Assembly: GCA_946965045.2 (NCBI GenBank) | Contig: OX337233.1 | Span: forward strand, 1,426,001 to 1,490,000 | DNA: 64,000 nucleotides | DNA from: Epithemia pelagica | Taxonomy: Eukaryota; Protista; Bacillariophyta | Reading direction: 5' to 3' | In this document: positions 42,638 through 55,172 of the stretch, piece by piece | Layout: the number at the start of each line of letters is the position of its first letter | Numbering within the stretch: position 1 is the stretch's first letter | Program-made: the position numbers and the translations under genes | Notes under the pieces: model-generated | Told to the model about the DNA's origin: nothing | The model's database searches: none | What the model saw: the letters and a program-made list of their open reading frames with translations, nothing else

Positions 42638-45600
42638 TCAAGTCGCGGGGGGAGGAACATTATCAGACGATTCCTTTTTGCTTGGCGGTTCCGGAGATAC
42701 AGCCACAGCTGTCGCGCTGTCTTCCGGAGTATTTCTACCACTGTTTCCACCACCCATTGCTGGCGGGAAACCTCGGCCACCGCGTCCAGCGTTACTGTTG
42801 TTAGTATTGTTGTTGTTCCCCGCACCACGTCCTCCACGGCCGCCATTGTGGTGCCGTCCACCTCTACCTTGATGTCGACCTCCTCGACCCCTGCCGCCGT
42901 GTCGGCCACCTCCTCGGCCGTAGCCGTCCACCATTCCGTCTCCTTCACCACCTTGTCCATAGGCGCCATACCCCGCGTAAGGTACTGGTGGCATTGGGGC
43001 AGCATTTGGACCAGCATAGTAGGGCGCCCTCGCCGCCATAACTTTTGGCGGAGGCATCGGTGCATACATTTGTGTTCTGTACACAGGTGGAGCCATGTAC
43101 TGGGGTTGGTTGTAAGGAACGGGTCCTCGTGGTTGAACAAGTGTTCCGTAGTACGCTCCCTGTGGGTGCATAGCATGATGCACTGGTTGCATTGGTGGAG
43201 GTGCAAGCGGAGGCGGTGGAGGCTGCTGTTGTTGTGGAGGCTGCTGGGCTTGTTCTTGTCCCGGTTGTCGAGGACCCGATGGCTGCTGTGGTGGTGGCGG
43301 TGCTTGCTGTTCAGGACCTTGTTGAGAGCGCCGTTGCTGTTGAGGTTGCGTTTGTGGTGAATTCATCGGAGCAGGAGGCTGCGACTCAGTATCGGTTGGT
43401 CGAGATGCTGCCGAATCTGGGTCGGGAGAGCCCTCAAGGGCTTGAGGGTTTGTGGATTCTTTATTGGGTTGCGGAGGGTATGGTTGAGGCTGCTGCGGTT
43501 GTTGTTGCGGAGGAGGAGGCGGTGGTGGTTGCATTGCCATTGCAGGAGCAGAACCAACCATTGGAGGAACATTACCCTGTTGAGGTTGGGCCTGCGCATG
43601 CTGTTGTTGTTGACCCATTTGAGGGGGAGGCATTTGTTGTTCCATCCCAGCACCATAAGGGCCCGAGGCGAAGCGAATTGCCCCGTACTGTGGACCCATC
43701 ATTGGCATCATTCCTGTGTATCAAACAAAAACATGGTCAGAACGGCTCCTCCAAGAACAGCCAACAAACCACAACAAATAAACAAGAAACATACCGTGTT
43801 GTCCCATATGAGCATTTGCGGGAATAAACTGTGGAGGAGGGACCATCATATCGTAGGGCTGTTGAGGTTGTGAACCTGGGTGATGATGATGTTGTTGCTG
43901 TTGTTGAGGTGGCTGTGCATGAGCTTCAGGAGGCGGAGGAGCAGGAGCGGCAAAACTCGGAGTAAAAGACTTGGCATTGATATTAAGCCTGAATTCTTTT
44001 GCATTGGCATTTAATTTGGACCCTGTCGAAGCGCTTTGTTTCTGTCCTGTCTGGTGTTTCTCATCTTCTGTCGACTCTGCAGCAGCCGCGGAAGTATCAA
44101 TGCTACCATCCTCTTTTGTGGCGGACGATATTGATGTTGCTGCAGTCTTTGTTTCATCCGGTGTTGGGGGAACGGCATCTTTTACCTTCTCTTCCTGAGC
44201 CTGTTGGGCCGTTTCTGTTACCGGCGCTTCTTCTTTTCCTTCTAATTCTGTATTCTTTTCTGTTTCTATCTCATCCTTCTTTTTGTCCTCAGCTTCCAGT
44301 GCTTGTTTTTCTGCTTCCAGAGTCTGTTTTTGTTGGACAGCCTTGGCGTAATTCATTGGTGTCTGATCGCTACCACTGGTGGTCTTCTTATTGCCTGACG
44401 CGGCCGAATCATCACTTTTCTTCGATGTATTAGCACTGCCTTTACTTTCCGAAGCTTTGCCGTTGGATGCGTTGCCTGTAGGAGTTTTGACTTCACGCAC
44501 AACTCCCGAGTGCAAGTCCTCCTCGTCGTAGTCTCCCATAACACTCTGGTTTCGTTCTTGTTGCAAATGTACATTGGCAGATGGAGCCGCTTCAATTTCC
44601 TTGGCCAATTGCTCGGCACGTTTGATTTTGGATGCGTCCAGTTGTGATTTATCCAAGGGTGTGGTGTACACAGTTTCGTCATAGGACGCGTGAACATTGA
44701 ACAAAGTCTCATTGGCTTGGAACTGATCCCATGCTCCAATACTGCCTTGCAAACCACCACCACCACCACCACCACCAGTGGCATTCCCTCCACCACCACC
44801 TTTCCCCTGTAAGGCTTCAGCGCGCTTGTTCAACCTTGGGGCCGAAGACGCTGACAAGGAAGTGCCCGGTCCTGAACCAGACGTCCAAGCGGATCCTGCC
44901 GCTTGCAAGGATCGGTCATTGGAAAGTTTGTCGCTGTGACGCCCTCCACTAATCTCACCATCTGCAAAACCATTGGGACCACTGCTGCTGCCGCTGGTAG
45001 TCGACGTTCCACCGGGTGCCTTGGAATTCTGCAGGAGGGTCGAGAACTTGACCTGTGGAATATGCATTTGAATCACTTGATCCATGGGCACCGTAACAGT
45101 GGCGCCTGGCTTAATGTTGCTCTTGTCGCCCGACAAGACACGGGTTCTCATCAACAGATAAACAAAGGAATGCCGCTCTTGGTTCGTTGCAAAGGGAGTG
45201 GACGTTCTCAAAATTCCTTCCAATACGACACCGCTCTTCAAATGACAAACAACCTTGTGGCCCAGGAGAACGAGGAACATATGCAACGATCGATCGCGAT
45301 TCTTGAGCTCTTCCTCACCGTTGGAAGAGAAAGCTTTTTGACTATTGGACGATGCGGGTGTCTGAGACTGCTTCGTAGAAGACGATGGCATGGTAGATTC
45401 GCGTGCCTTGTATCCAGGAGGAGGAGATGTAGTCGTAGAAGCTGAGTTGCCTGCTCCACTGGATGTCTTGGAAGAATTTGTGGCACTTGACTTTGAATTT
45501 CCGTTGGTACCGTTGGTGGAATTGTTGCTACCACCGGAAGATGCGTTTGCAGCCGACTTGGTCTGGAGCGGTTTGCTCCATGCGTTTGGTTGTTTGGGAG

Positions 45601-45754
45601 GCGCGGTTGTCGATGATGCGCTTCCAGATTGTTGCTGCTCTTGTCGTTGCGGACGTTGTGCAGCCTGAGAAGGCGACGTGTTGTTACTACGGCTTTTCTT
45701 TTCACCGCTGGTGTTCCCGTTACTGGAGGTCGCGTTCTTCCCACTGTGTGTCAT
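42638..45754 (-). CDS. ATXN2: Ataxin-2/Pbp1 family RNA-binding protein (~1011 aa)
   Basis: join(complement 45754..43795,43713..42638). Lsm domain (LLGHKVVCHLKSGVVLEGIL), LsmAD (WDQFQANETLFNVHASYDETVYTTPLD), PAM2 (KLNANAKEF...NAKSFTP), and a P/Q-rich, RGG-containing C-terminus. Confidence 0.9.
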
Positions 45755-47022
45755 CCAAGGAGAAGGAAACAAGAGTACACAAAAAGTGATGTGAGAAAGA
45801 GAGGAAAGTCACAACGGTGCACAATGACCCGCGCACCAGCGTCTGCCTTCTCATATGGAAGCATTTCGGGCACTATACGCTCTCGACCCGACGAAAGTTC
45901 CCACTTGAATGGCCGTGGACATTTTCCAGGCAAAAAATGATGTCGCGGTCTTTGTTCACGCTTTGTACTCACCCTTTGGGATTTCGTTTGGAGGAACTCA
46001 TTCTTGTGGTCAACTCGCAACAGTTCCGTTCGATTAGCACTGAAATAAAAAAATGATGAAGATGACGACAATCCAAATACTATGGAGACAAGGAACGATG
46101 ATCTCAATACTTTGAGAATGACAAACCACCACACCTTCCGTTGTCTGTGCCAACCGAGCTCTCTGTCCGTTTCCGTTCCCATTCGACGGTTTTCTCGTTG
46201 GGCGCGGGTGGGTTTGGAATAAACCTCCGAGTTCTTGAATCGAACAGATGCTCAAACTATCGAAATGTGATCGATAATTTTAAAGAATTATCAGTTACGT
46301 AACCGCTCAAGATTAATGAAAACCGATCAGAGATTCAAGCTATGTGAGCTACTGGCTCTGAAGGAATTTCCATCCCATCCGGTAGCTCTAGAGGTACTCC
46401 TACCAGCCAAGGGAAGGCCTTTCCAATCGAGGTACGAGTTCCCTTTACAGCACCGCCATGGATCGGCTTTCATATTTGGGACGGTGTGAGCTTTTTCTCT
46501 ACCTTCCGGTATAGACGAGCATCTCCACCTTTCATGCGAGGGTAGGTTCCATCCCGATGGTTCAAAACAAGACTCGAGCTTGGTAACTCAATCGAGCTGT
46601 GCATCTAGAGGAGTACCAGAAGTCAAACGCAGAAATACTACTACACAAGGCTTTTTTACGATTCTCGAGTCACAGCTAGCCCACAGACGACGGCGAGCAC
46701 TCATATGTCCGTGTATCGAGCAGTAAAAGAACCACCAAGCCCGTGGCTGTCCTTCGTTCCCGCGGCCGCCACAATAGCCTCTTGAAAACAAGAGACGTGC
46801 GCAACCCGTAGTGATGCTAAAATGAATAATATATGATATACAAAGGAACATGTTCGAGACGCTTGTGTGCAAGCCAACAAGTCTGTCGTTTCTCTCTCTA
46901 TCAATCACACAAATGATGATGATGATGTATAAAGATGCAAAGAATCGTTTTGCATCGTCCTGCATTTTATGATGATGGATGTTGGAAGTAATAATACGGG
47001 TGTTGAAACATGTTTCCAACAA

Positions 47023-50000
47023 CTAAACGCCCCGTGGTTGTGGTAACCCGGGTTTCTTTTTGAACGACTCGGACAGTTGCATTGGATCAATGGCCGTTCC
47101 ATCGTCGTCGCCAAAACAACTATAGCAACAAAAACAAGACGCCGGATTCCTCAAGTGTGCCTTCATCACCGAACAGTGACGGCGATACAAATTCTTGAGG
47201 CCCGGCATCTGAAACTGCTCCTCAAAGCGGGAAACAGGCGCGGGAGTGCAGTACAAAATAGGAGCACTGTTTGGTGGTGGAGGAAGAGTCTTGGAGGGAG
47301 AACCGGTGCCCTGCTGTCGTGACTGACGAGCGTTCATACGGCCTTCACTCTTTTTCGATGGGAACTTGTAGCTGTCCACAGGATGAAGGTCCGGACATAC
47401 GTCGCCATTCGAGCAACCGCCCAGTCGCGAAAGAGATGGACACGTACGGTTCTTGTAGCGCCGTGGATGGTACAAAATCTCTTCTTGAGAATGCGCAAAT
47501 CCGCAGTAGACTCCCCGAGGACAAGCGTTGACAATATACTTTCGGCCTTCTTGAGCCGACGGATACTCCACAACGTCCGGACAGAGTTCCATCCCGTACT
47601 TGTACTCCAAAAAGTTTCGTCGAAGCCAACCTCCATTGACTTCTACATGGGCGAATCCACACAACTCGTGGTCGTGATCGTAACGTTTGGCACACCATGT
47701 TGTGCGAAACTTGGCTAGCTCGGACTGTGTCATCATTCCCAAGACATCCGACTGAACCACATTGGCCGCCCGTGGAACCGGAATCCCAATATTTCCCCAC
47801 AGCTGTTGTGCACTGGCCGCCTCACGTCCAAAAAAGGATCGCCACTCGGTCGAAGAGAGCTGGAGCCCCGATGCGTGCGCCGTGTCTCGAATAAACTCAT
47901 TGTGGCATCGAAAGACATCTTCGGCACATCGTACATTCTCGTTGAAACAAAGAAGGACCGCGCGTTTGTTGTCTACGCCATCCGCACCTTCTTCTTTGGA
48001 TCGGGGACTCGTCTTTTCGGCTGGTACACTTCCCAGTCGAGGTGAGGTCTGCGGAGTGGAAGTGGGAGTTTTGGATGGCTTGGCCTCCACATCGGCCAAG
48101 GAGGCTTCCAGGACCGCCACGCGGTTCACCGAAAGATCATTCCAGGGCGCCGGGAGGTCCTGAAGCAAAGCAACGTCATTGGTGACTTCTTGCGCAAACA
48201 AGGACCGAAAGGCATCCCCCTTTTCTTCGCTTCCGTCCGGTCTTGGTATTATGTAATGAAAGCAGCTGTTGAGAATAATCTGCATACAACGGTTTACCTT
48301 CGTCCGAGTAATGACCCCCGAATCAATCTTTCCAGCAACACAAGCATGAACCCCCGCTTGTAGTTGCTGTCGAGAAAAGTACCCAAACTCCAGGGCTAGT
48401 TCTCTCCCCACCAGCCATGTGACCAACGCGACGGCACGCGAGGTATCCGGCTCGTACAAACAAGCCTTTTTCCGAAGCAGTGTTTTGAGGACTTCGGACG
48501 GAGACCGTGGATTCCCTGGGGCGGCAGGACCACCCGTGGGAATCGGGTGGTTGTTGGGTGCGGCAGAACCAGGCGGTGTGGGTCGATGCGGACTGGCCGC
48601 TGCCATAGGACGATTGGGTCGTGTTGTCCGTGGGGGAGTCGCCGTGGCAAGAACCCCGCCGCGATGGTGCTGTGCCACCGGATGATGGTAGGGTGCATAG
48701 GGCATGGGGGGAGCCGCATAGCTCTTGTTGTTGATACTCCGCACAGCGGTTCCGAGAGGCGGTGGAACTGGACCCGAGTCGTATCGCAGAGGTGGATGAT
48801 GGTGCCACCGTGGTTCATGGACACCATTGCTGGGGAGATCATTGCGAAAACTTGCCACGCGTTGATGCTGCACTGGACGAGGCGCTGCCCAACTGTTAGC
48901 AGTGGTAGTGTGGTGAGTCACCGGAAGAGCTGTTGGTTGCGAAGGGGGCGGCAATGCGGTGGTACTAAAGGTGCCTTGATCCGTTTCGTCCGGTACATAC
49001 AAGTGGGACTGATAGTGTTCCCAAGGACCAGGAGGACCACCAGCAGCAGCACCGCGATGTTGATGATACAATGCTGCAGTAGAGTCCAATGGTTCTCCTC
49101 GCAATGCTAATCGTTCCAGAGCGTTTGGATCCAGCGCTCCCATGGAACCTTCATCATTCGTGGAAGGAGCGGTGGACACGGTGGAGGGTGTTGTAGCGGT
49201 CGAATGAGCCCCGGTAGCGTGTCCCGCTGCATTGGTGGGTTCCAACGCAGGAGGACCATTGAGGGGTCCATGAGAAGGACTTCCTAAACTTGCCGAGTCT
49301 ATTGATCGTATTGTCGTGCTGTCTTCATCGTTCAGTTGTTCTTTTCGTTCGTGTTGGGAGGAAGAAGAGGATGTTGGTGCATGTCCGTTCGCAGACAGCA
49401 TGTGATGTGGTGGTCTCGGTGAGACCATGGTTTTGCTGTTGTTGTTGTTGTTACCGGAAAAGTCCGATAGCGGCACTTGCCAAGCAATTTGGCCCGAAGT
49501 ACTACTGTAGCCCATGTTCGCCCCTGTGGTGGAGGCCGAATCGCTACTCTCAGAGGTTCTATTGCGACTTTGCAATGTGGCAGTTTCCCCAGTCCCAAGT
49601 CTTGCTTGGGACTCCGCGATGGTGCCAGACGTGCCGCGGCTGATCGAATCGTGAAACTTGGTTTTCTCTTGAATGGTAGGTCTATTCAATGAACTGCTGC
49701 TCCCGTCTTGTAAGCCGTTCAAAGCAGCTTCTGAATGGTTGTTTTGATGTTTGATTTGTTCAGGTGAAGGTGATTGTTCGTGGACGTGATTGTGAAACTG
49801 TTGTTGCGTTGGTTGTTCTTCTTTCCCCGAAGAAATGTTGTTGATGCGGGGGGTGTCAGTCTGCCAGCAGGGGTTACTGTGTTTCGGAGACAGTTCGTGT
49901 CTCGCACCAACCAAAGCACTTGTTGCAGTAGCGCGAACAGTAGAAGTTGCAGAAGAACAAGGACGACGAGAAGCGTTGGCGTGTTCGCGTGTGGTCTGTG

Positions 50001-50235
50001 CGTCGCTTCGTTGTTCGCCGTTCTGGTTGGTGGGAGGTCGGGTGACGACGTTGGAGTCAACGGCCGAAGCACGACCAAATTCCGCAACTGCAACTACTCC
50101 ACCGCACGAACCTGCACCGCCAACCGAGTCGCTTGTGGACAACGCAATGCTCCATGACGAAGATGGAGTCGAGGTGGGTGCGCGGCCATAGGCACAATCA
50201 CCCAGTTGTCGAATGTCAAGCTGTGAAGCTGACAT
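47023..50235 (-). CDS. CCCH zinc-finger protein (Unkempt / RR-TZF-like), ~1070 aa
   Basis: FRTTWCAKRYDHDHELCGFAH, CPRGVYCGFAHSQEEILYHPRRYKNRTC and CSNGDVCPDLH. Long disordered N-terminus; start uncertain. Confidence 0.85.
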   Translation of the reverse strand: MSASQLDIRQLGDCAYGRAPTSTPSSSWSIALSTSDSVGGAGSCGGVVAVAEFGRASAVDSNVVTRPPTNQNGEQRSDAQTTREHANASRRPCSSATSTVRATATSALVGARHELSPKHSNPCWQTDTPRINNISSGKEEQPTQQQFHNHVHEQSPSPEQIKHQNNHSEAALNGLQDGSSSSLNRPTIQEKTKFHDSISRGTSGTIAESQARLGTGETATLQSRNRTSESSDSASTTGANMGYSSTSGQIAWQVPLSDFSGNNNNNSKTMVSPRPPHHMLSANGHAPTSSSSSQHERKEQLNDEDSTTIRSIDSASLGSPSHGPLNGPPALEPTNAAGHATGAHSTATTPSTVSTAPSTNDEGSMGALDPNALERLALRGEPLDSTAALYHQHRGAAAGGPPGPWEHYQSHLYVPDETDQGTFSTTALPPPSQPTALPVTHHTTTANSWAAPRPVQHQRVASFRNDLPSNGVHEPRWHHHPPLRYDSGPVPPPLGTAVRSINNKSYAAPPMPYAPYHHPVAQHHRGGVLATATPPRTTRPNRPMAAASPHRPTPPGSAAPNNHPIPTGGPAAPGNPRSPSEVLKTLLRKKACLYEPDTSRAVALVTWLVGRELALEFGYFSRQQLQAGVHACVAGKIDSGVITRTKVNRCMQIILNSCFHYIIPRPDGSEEKGDAFRSLFAQEVTNDVALLQDLPAPWNDLSVNRVAVLEASLADVEAKPSKTPTSTPQTSPRLGSVPAEKTSPRSKEEGADGVDNKRAVLLCFNENVRCAEDVFRCHNEFIRDTAHASGLQLSSTEWRSFFGREAASAQQLWGNIGIPVPRAANVVQSDVLGMMTQSELAKFRTTWCAKRYDHDHELCGFAHVEVNGGWLRRNFLEYKYGMELCPDVVEYPSAQEGRKYIVNACPRGVYCGFAHSQEEILYHPRRYKNRTCPSLSRLGGCSNGDVCPDLHPVDSYKFPSKKSEGRMNARQSRQQGTGSPSKTLPPPPNSAPILYCTPAPVSRFEEQFQMPGLKNLYRRHCSVMKAHLRNPASCFCCYSCFGDDDGTAIDPMQLSESFKKKPGLPQPRGV

Positions 50236-50996
50236 GCTTTGCAACAACAAAGACAGCGATGAGATGAAAGAAAACACGAAATGCACCACGACACATGTCG
50301 CGGGAGCAATCGTGAGACGTGCTTCCAAAGTGTTCGCAAATGGACGTTCTCTAGGTGGACGGTGAGCTAAGTGATATGGTTCGAAGCTGCGCGATGCCTC
50401 CTCGACGACCAGTCAGTGTTTGTTGTTTTGCTTGTCAATGCCAAACGAGTTGCGATGGATAATGATGAAACGACAAGGCCACAAATCATCACAATCAGTT
50501 GTTTGCCGTGGACAAACGGGACGGAAAACTCTTTTTGAAAAAGACTGGAAGATGAGAACCACGGCCAGCATTCATGTGTTATCGTCACGTACCAACCACC
50601 CATGTCCCGCACCCGTGCGCGTGCGCTGGGCCAAATTGGAAATTGGCATCACGCCTACTCGTACCCTAGTAATTATTGTATATTGCCCTACATTTTAATT
50701 ATGAGTCCGTGGTAGGCCCGCTCCTCGCACACGCGTGCTCTGAGTCACACCCAATCCAAAACTGAAGGAGAAAGACAGGTCAGACGGGGGGCATAAACGG
50801 CAAACGACAGGAATTTTCCCTGGGGAGCACCGACTCTCTACCCAAGCTACCATTAGAGACTAGAAAGATAGGAGTAGCTATTTCCTCTATCAAAATCGAA
50901 CTTGGTTGTGGTTTGTGTGTGGTTGTGGGTTGTGGGTTGTGGGTGTTGCTTATTCGAGACTTGGACCATTGGAGTTGGAGGAGTGTGTCGATCGAC

Positions 50997-53900
50997 ATGG
51001 ATTTTGAATTTGCTCCCGACGACGTACCTCCTCCCATTGCGCAACCGAACGATGGTGACCAGATGATGGAAGACGCCGGCGAACGCGGTGATGACGTGAT
51101 GGAGGAAGGAGGGGAAGAAGAACCGATTGAGGAGGAGGAGGAGGAGATGGAAGAGGATGAAGGCCCTGTTACTCAGGAAGATGCATGGGCCGTAATCAGG
51201 TGAGTGCAATTGATATTGTTTGCCAAAGAATCGTTCGTTTTCCTTGTGGCTCGCATGTTAAAGCCTCGTTTCTTTTGGTTGATCTGAAACCTTCTCATAA
51301 ATACAAATGCGCGTTAACTGTATGCAGTGCATACTTTGAGGAAAAAGGATTGGTGCGTCAACAATTGGATTCCTTTGATGAATTTATTCAAAATACAATG
51401 CAGGAATTGGTGGATGATTCCGGTGATATCCGAGTGTCTCCTGAAATGCAGCATTCTGTGGGTTACGATGAAGAGCAATACGAGAAAGATATGGAAAGTG
51501 AATACAAACTGTGCTTTGAAATTCATTTTGGACAGGTGTATTTGAGTAAACCGACCACAGTCGAAAAAGATGGGTCTGTCACAAATATGTTTCCGCACGA
51601 GGCACGCTTGCGTAATCTGACCTATGCGGCGCCCTTGTACGTCGATGTGGAATTGCGACAATATCAAGTCGCTCTTGACACTAATGTGAATGATCCTGGG
51701 GTGGAATTAGGGGAAGCCATGTCGGTGGAACATGCCAAAAAGGAATTTTTGGGTTATGTACCAATTATGTTAAGGTCTCTGTATTGTGTCTTGTCCGACA
51801 AGGATGATGCTGATTTGTCCGATTTGGGAGAATGTATTTACGATCAAGGAGGATATTTTGTCATTAACGGATCCGAAAAGGTTATCATTGCTCAAGAACG
51901 CCTTTCCAACAATCATGTCTATGCTTTCAAAAAGAAGCAACCCTCCAAATTTTCGTGGGTCATTGAAACTCGATCGCAAGTGGAAAACTCGACTCGACCT
52001 GTTTCGTCCTTGTACATTCAAATGTATCATAAGGGTGGGAAAGGTGCCATTGAAGGGAACCAGATTAGATCTACATTGCCGTATATCCGGACTGATATTC
52101 CTGTTGTCATTATCTTTCGAGCTCTTGGTTTTGTGGCTGATCGCGACATCATTGAACATGTGGTGTACGACTTGACGGATGGAGAAATGATGGATTTGTT
52201 TCGACCAAGTCTCGAAGAGGCTTTCGTCATTCAGAGGCAAGATGTAGCCTTGGATTTTATTGGTCGACGTGGCTCTGCCAAAGATGTGACCAAAGAAGAT
52301 CGAATGAGATATGCCCAGGCTATTCTGCAAAAGGAAGTTCTCCCTCATGTTGGAACCGAGGAGCACTGTGAAACCAAAAAGGGATTCTTTCTTGGTTATG
52401 CCGTACACAAGCTACTTACATGCCGTCTCGGTCGGTCCGATGAAGACGACCGCGACCACTTTGGAAAGAAACGCCTGGATTTGGCAGGTCCCTTACTCGG
52501 CGGACTATTCCGTGTTTTGTTTCGTAAACTGACCAAAGATGTGCGCAAGCACTTGCAGCGGTGCCTTGATGAAAGCAGACATTTTCAGATTGGCACAGCC
52601 ATCAAAAGTAACCACATTACGGACGGTCTCAAGTATAGTTTGGCTACTGGTAACTGGGGCGACAAAGGAGGCGCTGCATCCAAGGCTGGCGTGTCTCAAG
52701 TGTTAAATCGACTGACTTACGCTTCATCCTTGTCGCATTTAAGAAGATGCAATACTCCATTGGCAAGGACAGGAAAACAAGCTAAACCACGACAGCTACA
52801 CAACACTCACTGGGGTATGGTTTGTCCTGCAGAAACACCTGAAGGTCAGGCTGTCGGTTTGGTCAAAAATTTGGCGCTAATGAGTTACATTACGACGGGA
52901 ACAGCTGCCGTACCGGTGCTCGAGTTTTTGGAAGAATTCAGTACGGAAAATCTCACTGATATTCTTCCCTCTGTGATTGCTGAACAAAATACTTGCAAGA
53001 TTTTTGTCAATGGCAACTGGGTTGGTATTCACCGTGATCCGAAAGGTCTGGTTGATACTTTCCGCTCGTTGCGGCGAATGGTAGATATCGATGCAGAAGT
53101 ATCCATCGTCCGGGATATTGCCGAAAAGGAAGTGCGGATCTACACGGATGCTGGTCGAATCTGTCGGCCTCTGTTTGTTGTGAACGAGCAACAATTGATG
53201 ATAAAGAAACATCATGTCAGGCAATTACAAGGAGTTGATCCTACCCAGAAACGACTGACTTGGACCGATCTGCTCATGGGTGGAATTGTTGAATACATTG
53301 ATACAGAAGAAGAAGAAACTGCCATGATTGCAATGGAACCGAAAGATTTAGACTCAGAAGACTCATACTCATCAACCTACACACATTGTGAAATCCATCC
53401 TTCGATGATCCTGGGCGTCTGTGCAAGTATCATTCCGTTTCCAGATCACAACCAATCTCCACGTAATGTGTACCAAAGTGCCATGGGGAAACAGGCAATG
53501 GGTATCTATGCTTCGTAAGTTGTCAATTGGACGGGAAAGATTTTCTTCAGAGTAGGTTGCGTCTAACACAAAGATTTTCATACAGGAATTATCAGGTTCG
53601 TATGGACACAATGGCACACGTTCTGCATTATCCTCAGAAACCTCTGTGCACAACACGAGCGATGGAGTTCCTTCACTTTCGTGAATTGCCAAGTGGCGTG
53701 AATTGTGTAGTCGCCATTATGATTTATACAGGATACAACCAAGAGGACTCGCTCATTATGAATCAATCTGCGATCGACCGTGGGCTCTTCAGATCTTCCT
53801 ATTATCGATGCTACATTGATCAGGAGAAGGCAAGTACTATTGGCACAGTGGGATCTCTTACTTCTGAGCTCTTTGAGAAGCCAAGCATGGACAATACTAG

Positions 53901-55087
53901 AGGGATGAAGCATGGCGAGTACGGAAAACTTGACGAAGATGGTCTTGTAGCTCCGGGAACTCGAGTATCCGGAGACGATGTGCTTATTGGTAAAACGGCC
54001 CCGATAGACTCCACCACCGGCATGCCGTCTCGGTACACCAAACGTGACTGCAGTACCTCAATGAAAGCGAATGAAAGGGGATTTGTTGACAATGTCCTTA
54101 TTAGCACGACGAAAGAAGGTTACCGGTTTACCAAAGTTCGTATTCGAAATGTCCGCATTCCTCAGGTCGGAGACAAATTTGCTTCACGGCACGGGCAGAA
54201 AGGTCAGTATCATTGCGATTTTCATGTTATGAGTTCCATATTCTCATCACACATTGATTTTTCATTGGTGAATAGGAACGGTGGGTATGACCTATCACCA
54301 GCATGACATGCCGTTCACAGCAGAAGGAATTGTTCCTGATATTATCGTGAACCCTCATGCCATCCCATCTCGTATGACAATCGCACAGCTGATCGAATGT
54401 CTCCTTGGAAAAGTTGTTGTGTTCCAAGGTTGCGAGGGGGATGCAACTCCTTTCACTGACGTGACTGTAGAGGACGTTAGTTCGCGCCTGCATCAGATGG
54501 GTTACCAGAAACATGGAGGCGAAGCCTTGTACCAAGGACACACAGGTCGTCCTCTCAATGCTCGTGTGTTCATTGGTCCCACTTTTTACCAACGTCTAAA
54601 GCATTTGGTGGATGATAAGGTACATTCCCGTGCCCGTGGTCCAGTGGCAATGCTCACAAGGCAGCCGCTGGAGGGACGATCACGTGATGGTGGTTTACGC
54701 ATGGGGGAGATGGAACGTGATTGTCTCATCACTCATGGTTGTGCTAATTTCATTCGAGATCGATTCTTTATGAATTCTGACCAATACCGCATCCACATTT
54801 GTGAGCGTTGTGGACTGACCGCACATGCTAACTTGAAAAAGGTACGATTATGTTTTCTGGGTTGCCTTGACTGTTCGTTCTTTGCTCATATTTTGAACCC
54901 TTTATTTGACGTATCTTCGCAGATGACGTATGAATGTCGCAGTCCACTTTGCATTGGGCGACCAGCGCAGATATGCCAGGTTGAGATTCCTTACGCAGCA
55001 AAACTCCTGTTGCAAGAGATGAAATCTATGTGTATTGAAACTCGAATCTTTACCAAGAACATGAAAACAAGGGATAATTCTTACTAG
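50997..55087 (+). CDS. RPB2: RNA polymerase II second-largest subunit (~1245 aa)
   Basis: join(50997..51199,51328..53514,53586..54202,54276..54841,54923..55087). Motifs [44 protein letters not shown] and [12 protein letters not shown]. Confidence 0.98.
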
Positions 55088-55172
55088 AATCCTCCTAAGC
55101 CATGATCAGATGGTTCCATCAGAGCCTATTTTAGTGCGCGATAACAGACGCTGGCTATTTCTGCAATATTTC

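Noticed and set aside
44753-44797. (ACC)n and similar triplet runs (also 33508-33531 and many CAA/GGA runs)
   Set aside because: They encode common poly-G/Q/S/T tracts.
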